Source: Podarcis gaigeae
Lineage: Eukaryota
Reading direction: 5' to 3' (one strand)
NCBI GenBank assembly: GCA_964106915.2
Contig: OZ066914.1
Length of the DNA: 64,000 nt
Under the pieces are notes generated by a model. That model had not been told where the DNA came from. It was given only the letters and a program-made list of their open reading frames with translations, and did no database searches. This document shows positions 9,781 to 19,416 of the stretch, piece by piece. How positions within the stretch are numbered: position 1 is the first letter of the stretch; every line of letters starts with the position of its first letter. Position numbers and translations under genes: made by a program.

Positions 9781-11180
9781 GGTTAATTACTTTCAGTGAC
9801 ACTGATCTAATCACAGAGGCTCTCTTATCATTCCTAAACGAAAATAAGCTCAACATACAGAAGTGTGTTGGAATCGGTGCCGATGGGCTCAGCGCAAGTA
9901 TATGTGGTCATAAAAATTCGCTGCTCAAAAAGTTTTATGAACTCAATCCTTGCGGTGTTTTTATTAAGTGCACATGCCACTCCATTTATCTGTGCTTATC
10001 GAGAGCTATCGATGTGCTTCCCCTGAACCTAGAATATATGGTTGCACAGACCTACTTGTGGTTTTCTCAAAGCACGTTTCACCAGAAACGGTACGCTGAC
10101 CTGTATGCTGCTATCAACGTTGGAGAGGTTGCCCTGAAGGTGCTGCAAGTTACCGACACGCGATGGCTGTCTATTAGCCCGTGCGTTAATAGAATACTTA
10201 GCCTGTATGATACTCTGAAGTTGCATTTTCAGTCTGTAAAAGACACTGAAAAGGACTACAGTGCTGAGCTGCTCTATCAAATGTACTCTGAGCCTCTTAA
10301 CAGACTTTACCTGGTTTTTCTGCAGCCTCTTGTCCAGGAAGCAAACAGGCTCAGTAAGTTATTTCTTTTGGAAACTGCTAATCCAGTTAAACTGATTACT
10401 GAGTTAGTGATGTTCTACAAGACTCTGTTACAGAGAGTCGTGAAGCCTTCTGCCTTTCCAACATGGTCATCCATAATGAACTATGACATTAGAAGCAAGC
10501 AAAACTACCTGTCCCTCTCCGAAGTTAATCTTGGGCAAGTGTTCCTCTCGGAATTATCAGAAGCCAAAATCTCTTGCCAAATTAGAGGTGCCATTCAAAA
10601 GACGTGTCGGGATTGTGTTTTTGAGCTTGCAAACCAAATAAAGCTTCGCCTGCCCCCAGATGTGGATCATCTTCAATCGCTCACTGCTTTAAATCCTTCA
10701 GTTGTTCTGAGTCCCCTAAGACCTGCATTTTCAACTTTGTCGTTTTTGTCATTATACAGAGGGGATCACTTGCAATTGGAGCAACAGTGGAGGAATCTGG
10801 ATACAGTTTCTTGGACAAACACAGAAGATAGCCAGATAGAACAGTTCTGGGTAGAGGTTGTAAAACATACAGATGAGGTGGGAGATAAAGATTTTGTCGA
10901 GCTGGGATTATTTGCCCTTGCACTTCTCACCCTGCCCTTCAGCAGTGCAGCCGTGGAGTGTACAGTTTCACAAATGAATCTGATAAAGCACAAGCTGAAG
11001 AACAGGCCGCAGGACAGCCTGCTAGAAAATATTCTAAGGATCAGAGCTTACATGCACAGAAATAAGATTTGCTGCAACCAGTTTCAGCCATCCAAAGAGA
11101 TGCTTTCTTTGTTCAGTAGTGAATTTTATGCTGTTGCTAATAGCAAGGATGCTATAGAAGGCTACGATGATATTTTTTGA
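9774..11180 (+). CDS. hAT transposase-derived protein, C-terminal part (RNase H-like core, insertion domain, hAT dimerisation domain), in the -1 frame relative to the N-terminal part
   Basis: GIGADG (second D, 9882), CTCH (CxxH, 9969-9980), TRWLS, FW..., LPFSSAAVECTVSQMN (catalytic E at 10956). About 468 stop-free codons ending TGA at 11180. Confidence 0.85.
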   Translation, partial: HVGLITFSDTDLITEALLSFLNENKLNIQKCVGIGADGLSASICGHKNSLLKKFYELNPCGVFIKCTCHSIYLCLSRAIDVLPLNLEYMVAQTYLWFSQSTFHQKRYADLYAAINVGEVALKVLQVTDTRWLSISPCVNRILSLYDTLKLHFQSVKDTEKDYSAELLYQMYSEPLNRLYLVFLQPLVQEANRLSKLFLLETANPVKLITELVMFYKTLLQRVVKPSAFPTWSSIMNYDIRSKQNYLSLSEVNLGQVFLSELSEAKISCQIRGAIQKTCRDCVFELANQIKLRLPPDVDHLQSLTALNPSVVLSPLRPAFSTLSFLSLYRGDHLQLEQQWRNLDTVSWTNTEDSQIEQFWVEVVKHTDEVGDKDFVELGLFALALLTLPFSSAAVECTVSQMNLIKHKLKNRPQDSLLENILRIRAYMHRNKICCNQFQPSKEMLSLFSSEFYAVANSKDAIEGYDDIF

Positions 11181-12868
11181 AGAAGAAAAAGTCAAGATTT
11201 TTAAAATTGCATTCTTATAAGAGCATTGAGTGACTTGTAGTTTATATGCCTTTCTGACATTCTCTTACTAATGAATTCACTGTTTTCAGTGTCATTTCCA
11301 CTGGTTTTTTCAATTCTGTGTTTTATCTGAAACATGCTGCCTTTTACTGCAGAAGTAAGATACCATTGATTAAATATGTAGTTTTGAATATACCTTGTAT
11401 TTTGCCTCTGCTGCAGGCTTCCAGGTGCTCGCAGCTAGTGAGACTGCGAGAGATCTCAGGTTCTTAAAATCTGCTATTTCATGTTACTCTCTTCTGTGAT
11501 TTAAAAATGGTCCTGCATTCTTAAAAATAGCTTAAAATCAGACTATACTACCTGGCGACAATATTTATTGTGCAGTCTTGCATGTAAAAATGCTGAAGCA
11601 GGGACTGGAATTTATAGAGCTGCCGAGGCTTGAGTCAGCTCAGTGAAATCTACTCTTCCTTTCCCTTTAATCAGCTGACTGTCACACCATATCACATACC
11701 ACTTTTGAAACACCTTTCAGTTTCAAAAGCAGTTTGGTTTTGTTTGGTGTCTGAGAACACAGAACTAGGTTTACATTTCTTTACATCCTAGCCAACATGT
11801 TTGCATCCTCTACTGTTGAGAACTAAACCAGGAAAATAAATTTACTGATGAGAAACAAACCCTAAAATTAGTATATTAAACTTAGTTTGCTTAAGTTTGC
11901 TTAATTTACCCCTCTGAAGTCAGTAGGATATTTTAATAAAAATATTGATAAGTGACTCCAAAGTTGTATCGAGCAAGGATTTAATGGTAGCTCAGTGTGT
12001 GTTTAGTTTAGTTTAGAGTTTTAAATTTGCTGTTCTTTCAGAATACAGTAACCTAACAGTAAACATTGGAAATGGGCAGGATTGGAAGTGGGCATCAACT
12101 TCAGTTTAGTGCAAACATCAAATCTTCAGGTGTCTATTTTTAGATAACAGTGTATGGAGTTTTAAAGTTTTACAACAATTATACCAAGGCCTTAAAAGTC
12201 AACGTGTTTTGGTACTTGTGTCAGATTTAACCACCAATAATAATCTTACGGCAACACACAAATTAAAACCCATACCAAAATGAGCTGGCTATTGCATGAA
12301 TATTTGACAAACAGCAGGAACTGAGCAGTGAATGCATAAATGATTAGAGGGCTAGAGAAGATAATGGAGTCAACTTGTAGCTTGACTTTTTAAAAAATAC
12401 GTAAACATACTGATTACAAGCTTCAAATGTTGAACATAATTGTTAGACTGCTAGCTTTAAATGCAAACTAAAGCTTACTTACCTAGACCTAAGTTTTCTG
12501 CAGAGCTTTTGAATGAACTTTTCTAAAATCTGGATATAAATGGCAAAACAAAATGTATCTGTATGACAAGATAAATTATTAGGTTTAGAATTCAAATTTG
12601 CAAGAGGCTTTTGAAAAAGATATATAGCTTTTGGTTATATTTGCATTATTATTAGCATGTATTTCATTCATTCCTTGGGAGTGTGGTGTGTTAAGACAGA
12701 CGATGACAGATATAAACCTTCTTTGCTGACATTAAAAAAAAAATTCCTCATGAAAACTGCAGCTCTACTTTACACTAAAAGGATAATGATTAATACATAG
12801 AGTGGGAAAATACTTCTGTGTCCATTAACATTACAGTTTTTGGAACTGACATTTTTTATTGACTCATC

Positions 12869-12915
<47 letters not shown>

Positions 12916-13724
12916 CAATATACAGTTGTGAAAGCAGTCTAAAAATAAAAAGCAACATTCAAAGCTTTTAAAATTCAGAGCAGGCCCATTTAAATCAATA
13001 AGACTTTATTTCAGTAGGTACATTATGGGTATGAGTATGACTTACCACCCAAAAGGATCTTAACTGTATTCTAGATATTTGAACAAATGTTTGTTGTTTA
13101 TATAAATAATTATTTTTATAATAAACATTTACATTGTTTTGAATGTAGTCTCTTCTGATGTTTGCCAGCGAAGGGGGGACAGCTAAATAAACTAATTCCA
13201 GAAATTTGCAGAATTTGGTTCTAAAGCCTGTTAATGATAATATATTCCCCAAGGGGGAAAAAATCATACAGGACTGCATCCCACACTTTCATAAGTGCTC
13301 CAGCTTGTGAAATAAGAATCTAATTAATGCAGTGCCTAATTTAGCCACTCTCATTTCTAAACATAGAACAGATATCTGGAAGATTAGCCTCTGCCTAGCG
13401 GAAACTTTTTGAAACGGATGTTGCAGAACTCTTCCTTTAAAAATGGTAAATGCTCTTTCCTTTGCTTAGGGTGGAAGATTTGCCAGTCCTGAATTACCTG
13501 AAGGTCATCTGGAGTCAGGATTTCTCCTTGAAACTTAGAAAAGCAGATACAGCAGGCTGAGGTTTTCACCATAATGGCTTAATTCTGCCTAAGGCTATTG
13601 AAACAGACTTTTAAGTTGGCTTACACTCTTCTCAGTGAGTTTCATTATTTACAGTGTGCTGTTAATTATTCTATTAGTTCTATAGTATAGCCCCATCCTG
13701 ATTTTGTTTCCCTTCAGCAAAGTA

Positions 13725-13887
13725 TGTTGAGGCAAGAAAGGTGACTGAATCAGACTTTGGGAGATGAAGAGTGTGATCTTATAGCAAATAATTCATTTAG
13801 AATCCTCTGTGCCTGAAACAGGCAGGGTTGATTAGTTATTCCAACTGCCTTTGATATAATAGGTCCTGTTACAAGACTTTTAAGGTC

Positions 13888-13942
<55 letters not shown>

Positions 13943-14588
13943 TAATATAGATGTTCACAAATGTACCAAGCAAACACATACAAATATGTAAACCACATGT
14001 GTGAAACCCACAGAAAAGTCCTGAAACCATTTTCTCTCTCCCCAAGAGAACCTCAAATATTTCTCTGCAAGGTCAAAGGAAATGGTAAATCTCCCCATTG
14101 TCTCTCACAAATCCTGTCTTAAGGGCACATTTAAGATATGCATAGGGCGTGTCTGTGACCTGGACTCAGGAACTGAGTATTTACCATTACAAAGTAATCT
14201 CCAGACTGCCAAAATAATGTAATCAGTTATCATTCTCAGGTAACCTGGCAGACAGGTTTTCTGCTGTAGACCGCCTCTTCTGTGATGTATCTGGGGGGTG
14301 GTCTTGAGCTACAGGGTAGGCAATTTCAAAGTCTATATAAGGGCTTGCACACCTTTGTCCTGGGTCCTCTCTCCTGCGTGTGGGGGGGAGCACCCTGTTT
14401 TAATAAAGAACAGCTTTAATAAAGATCAGGCTTTTATAGCCGCTTTGCTTTTGTATATCCTGGTCTGGTCTCTGTTCATTTCCTGACCAGTTTGAGCCTT
14501 AAAAGGTACGCTCTCTCCGAAGGTCCAGTCTTCCTTAAGAAGCTGAACCCTTGAAGGGACCCCATTTTTTATTCTTCTTTCATTAACA
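13725..14588 (+). mobile_element. Probable solo LTR (5' boundary uncertain)
   Basis: TGTTGA...TTAACA ends, TATATAA at about 14334, two AATAAA at about 14402 and 14418; no clean TSD. Confidence 0.5.
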
Positions 14589-15491
14589 TACTGTTAAGTA
14601 AGACCTTGCTTCTTTTGTGAGCCTGGGCTTTTAAGATAGGAGTTAAGAGCAAATTGTAAGAGTAAGAAGCTGTTTCTTCTATTCCTCATTCTTGCACTGC
14701 CATTCTTCTTGTCATGTGCAGAACATCTGATAAGCCCGCACCTTATGTGCATTTAGCTTCTGCACACTGAGCTTTATGTGCTTGGCAAACTTTTGAAAAA
14801 ATAAATACGGGGCAGAAAGGGAACAGGCATACGGGGGGGGGGGGAGACTTTGAACCCTATATGTGCTTTTGGCTTTAGATGTGATCCCTAGAACATAACT
14901 CACACTTACATTGTGGGTTTACTGTATGTGCAAACCACCCAGGGATCTTCAGATGAAGGGCAGTACAGTGTACAAATTTAATAAATAATTTTATTTATTT
15001 GTTTGTTTTTGCATTTTCCACATTTTCAGTAGGAGCAGCTTCACTTGCTGACAGTTGTAGTTGTAGGCCAGCCAGCCACCGTGGCGCAGGATCAGAACTC
15101 GGGTCCCAGGGCTCTGCAAGCAGAGGGCATCTGGGGGTGGGGGGTGGTGCTGGGCAAGAGTCAGGAGCCATTTCCCTGGGCAGGAGGGATGCAGCTGTTT
15201 GGGGCCCCTGGCTGTGATGGAACTGGGAGGGGACACACATGACTGGGGGTGCAGATGCCAGCACTTACCTTTGCTGGTGACGGCGAGTCCTGCATTGCAG
15301 GGGGTTGGACTAGATGACCCTCAGGGTCCCTTCCACCTCTGTGGATTCTGTGATTCTATGAAATGGCTTGCTTTACTCCTCTGAAAAGGCAAAATGTGGC
15401 TGCCCCTGCCAAACACATTCAATGTTAGGTTTGGTAGGAACCAAGGCCTGGGTTCAGCACACACATACCCCACCCCGGCAAATGTCTAGTC

Positions 15492-15627
15492 TAGGCATCC
15501 CCAAACTCGGCCCTCCAGATGTTTGGGGACTATAGTTCCCATCATCCCTGACCACTGGTCCTGTTAGCTAAGGATGATGGGAGTTGTAGTGCCAAAATAT
15601 CTGGAGGGCCGAGTTTGGGGGTGCCTG
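15492..15627. mobile_element. Short hAT MITE (about 135 bp); related copies 47125-47260 and 62469-62601, partials near 25450 and 46457
   Basis: Perfect 8-bp TSDs gtctagtc (15484/15628) and gtctagat (47117/47261); palindromic body. Confidence 0.85.
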
Positions 15628-16639
15628 GTCTAGTCCACACCCTCCCAGCTTTTCTCTCTGATGTAAATAAGAGACGTCCTGTTCCATTATAAGTATAATT
15701 ATATTCGGCCCAACTGATTGGGTTGCCCCATCCACAGTGGGCGGCTTCCAACATACAAGAAAACATAATAAAACATTAAACATTTTTTTTAAAAAGTTTC
15801 CCAATACAGTGGTACCTCAGGTTATAGACACTTCAGGTTACAGACGCTTCAGGTTACAGACTCCGCTAACCCAGAAATAGTGCTTCAGGTTAAGAACTCT
15901 GCTTCAAGATGAGAACTTTGCTTCAGGATGATAACAGAATTCGCGTGGCGGCGGCGGGAGGCCCCATTAGCTAAAGTGGTGTGCTTCAGGTTAATAACAG
16001 TTTCAGGTTAAGAACGGACCTCCTGAATGAATTAAGTTCTTAACCCCAGGTACCACTGTACAGGGCTGCCTTCAGATGACTTCTAAAGGCTGTATAGTGA
16101 CTTATCTCCTTGGCTGGGCAGGGGATTGCATAACCCCATACACTCCAACATTTCTCTGATCAAAATAGGGACGTCCTAAGGAAAAGCGGAACAAATCAGA
16201 AACCGGGACGGCTTCTGTAATTCCGGGACTGTCCCTGGAAAATAGGGACACTTGGAAGTTGGGAGGGTTTACTAGTTTTATTGATTGGGGGCCAAGAGAT
16301 GCCATGAGCAGCGCCTGTATCTGAAACAACTTCAGATTGTTGTGTTGGGAAAACTGAGAGCAAGGACAAGCCATACAACTGGAATATGAACTTTTGCCTG
16401 TTTATTTATGGGAGGGGGCAGATAGATAATATCTCCATTTCCCGTTTGTGTGTGTGTCTCTTATGTGTACATGTATATTTTCTCTCTCTACCCCTGTAAA
16501 CATACAGGGGACGGTTAAATATACCGTATATAATATATAATACATTTTATAATAATATATGTTATTATATTTCATGTAATACATAAGAAAGAGAGAGGAC
16601 ATTTTTGGCAGAGGGAGGGAAAAGAGGTCCGACGTCTTC

Positions 16640-17560
16640 CCACACCCAACTAGGACTGGCGGCTTCGCGCGGCGCCGCGGAATCAGAGAGCGAAGTGACA
16701 GGCACCCCCGCCAACCAATCGGCTGCTAATTTTAACTTTCCACGGGCTTAAAAGGCCCTTATGTAACCCAAGCGCCCGCCCGGCTGCAAAGGCCTTGTGA
16801 CCGCGCGCGGCCCCGCGAGCCTGTCGACGGCCTTGCGCGAGCTCGGCAAATCACGTGCCTTGGGGAGGCGGGGGTGGGAGGAAGAGGATGGGCGGGGTGA
16901 GGCGTCCGCGAAGGAGAAGGGGCGCGTCAAGAGGGGGGGAGGGAAGCGCGTGGCGAGCGCTCCGCTGACTGGCTGAGAGCTGGGGGCCGCTCGGGGCCGA
17001 TTGGTCCGGCCTACGAGAGGGGCGGGGAAAGAGGCGGGGCCCAGGAGTTGACAAGCCGCCGGGAGGGAGTGGAGGAAGGGTTGGGATGGGGTTCGTGAGG
17101 GAGACCTAAGCGGCGGCGGCGGCGGAGGGTCGACTATGGCGCGGAGCGGCCGGGCCGTTGGGAAGGCGCTCGCCGCGCGGCTGGCCTTGACTCCGCGGAG
17201 AGCCGCTCTCAGGTATGAAAGGCGGGGTCGTCAGAAGCTCCGCCCACCGCTCTCTGAGAGGGGGAAGAAATAGTTCCCTCAGACCCAGAAAAGGCCGGCT
17301 GTGGGGGGGCGAGGGGTGCGGGGAGCTTCACCCTTCGCAGCCCGGCGTCTCCGGGGAGCTTTTTCAGACAGGCGAGGGAGGTCACCTCACCCCACCCCCG
17401 GCTCTGAGAGTGGCTCCCTGCCTTTGGTTTCCCCTTTCCCCGCCTCTTCTTCCCTCAGCGTGACAGGCAGAAGTTCAACAGGTGGCGTTCGCGCTTGCTT
17501 TCACGCTCTGTGCTGTGGGGAGGAGTGGAAAGGGGCCAAGGCTTGGGCACCTGGAGAATT
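16640..17560 (+). promoter_or_regulatory. COQ10B CpG-island promoter
   Basis: CpG-rich, several GGGCGG boxes, CCAAT boxes near 16715 and 17000. Confidence 0.75.
17136..17212 (+). CDS. COQ10B: Coenzyme Q-binding protein COQ10B exon 1 (Arg/Ala-rich mitochondrial presequence)
   Basis: ATG in a CpG island, MARSGRAVGKALAARLALTPRRAALR, donor AG|GTATGA; phase 2 matches exon 2. Confidence 0.8.
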
Positions 17561-17599
17561 GGGTTCGCCCCCACCCACTCCTCCTCCACCTCCTCCTCC

Positions 17600-18091
17600 T
17601 GTTGTTGTTGTTTAGTCGTGTCCGACTCTTTGTGACCCCATGGACCAGAGCAGGCCAGGCCCTCCTGTCTTTCACTGCCTCCCGCAGTTTGATCAAACTC
17701 ATGCTTTCGAGAACACCATCCAACCATCTCGTCCTCTGTTGTCCCTTCTCCTTGTGCCCTCCATCTTTCCCAACATCAGGGTCTTTTCCAGGGAGTCTTC
17801 TCTTCTCATGAGGTGGCCAAAGTATTGGAGCCTCAGCTTCAGGATCTGTCCTTTCTGTGAGCACTCAGGGCTGATTTCCTTCAAACTGGATAGGGTTGAT
17901 CTTCTTGCAGTCCATGGGACTCTCAAGAGTCTCCTCCAGCACCATAATTCAAAACCATCAATTCTTCAGCAATCAGCCTTCTTTATGGTTCAGCTGTCAC
18001 TTCCATACATCACTACTGGGAAGACCATAGCTTTAACTATACGGACCTTTGTTGGCAAGGTGATGTCTCTGCTTTTTCAGATGCTGTCTAA
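17600..18091 (-). mobile_element. Bov-B LINE 3' fragment in COQ10B intron 1
   Basis: Near-identical to 4900-5400; (CAA)n tail. Confidence 0.93.
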
Positions 18092-19209
18092 TTTGGTCCT
18101 CTGCCATGGAAGAGAAAGTACAGGAGAAAGCTGGCCGCAAGAAAACAAAACGAAACAAAAAGCCCAGAGAAACAAGATGAGTTGTAGGGAGTCGCCTTTA
18201 ATTTGCTCAGCGAAATGAAGGGAGCAAAGTAGAAATATTTCACTTTAAAAGAGCCCCCCCACTAAACATCTATATATTATATGGAATTAAATGTGCATTG
18301 TTGTTGTAACTACTCATATTAAGGGGCAGGGGGATGTAATAGTGAAATACTTTCACTATAAGACTCTCCTGTCTACCCGTCTGGAGTTCATTAACATTAG
18401 TAGACAATTCTCAGAAGCGCTTTGCCTGTTATGCTTGTCTGGAGTGTTTCTGCAGCATCTTGTTTGCAAAACGTTGCTGACTACAAAAAAACCGTGCAAG
18501 AAAAGGACATGTTGTCCTATGGCTTTTATTTACAGTACAGTCCTATGGAAGTAAGTCCCATTGAGCTTGAGAAGACTTACCCCAGGGTAAGCAAATACAG
18601 GATTGCAGCCTCCCATCATTAATGTTTTTCTTCGACTTCCCCATTAGTATCCAAAGCCACTAACAAAAAACATTGTTGTGTAAAGAAACAATACAATGCA
18701 TGCACTGTAAACTGAGCCCTTTTGCCTTTCAGAGGTGAAAGGATAGTTTTTCCTCCTGCAAAGACCCTTTGCGCTTTGGTACCTGTTGTCTGAGCTTGGA
18801 TGGTGAACATCAGAGATTGTTCATCGTCTTAGCACATTTTTACTCACTTTCGCCTGCCTTTATTCCTTTCCTACTCCCAGACTCCGCAAAGAACCTAATG
18901 CCTTTGCACTGCTATGAGCTTCCATGTGCTGCATGATTGTACAGCCCTTGGCCCTTTCCACCCTTTGGATGTTCCAAATCCCTGGGTTTTTTGGAAAGGG
19001 TAAAATGTAACTACTGATATTGAGACCCTGCCCCTGTTTCTACGCCCCACATACAGATATTCAACTTGGAAAATAGATTCTTGATGTCTTTATAATAGAA
19101 CCAGTGATGTAGGTTGGTTTTTTTGGTTGTTGTTGTTTGAGAATTGTATTCTGAAAATTAGAGTAACTTTTCCTATGAAAATTTTCTGATGCAAAGCACC
19201 CTATGCAAA

Positions 19210-19416
19210 GCAAAATAAAAAATGTCCTTCTAGTAGCACCTTAGAGACCAACTAAGTTTGTTATTGGTATGAGCTTTTGTGTGCATGCACACTTCTTCAG
19301 ATACCACACGAAAGCTCATACCAATAACAAACTTAGTTGGTCTCTAAGGTGCTACTGGAAGGAAAATTTTTATTTTGTTTTGACTACAGCAGACCAACAC
19401 GGCTACCTACCTGTAA
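19210..19416. mobile_element. Penelope-like element fragment in inverted (hairpin) arrangement with a hammerhead motif (19266-19305, minus, GAAA>AAAA)
   Basis: Inverted arms about 19226-19283 and 19305-19362; flanking direct repeat cac(c/t)ctatgcaaa; same family as 43485-43578. Confidence 0.7.
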
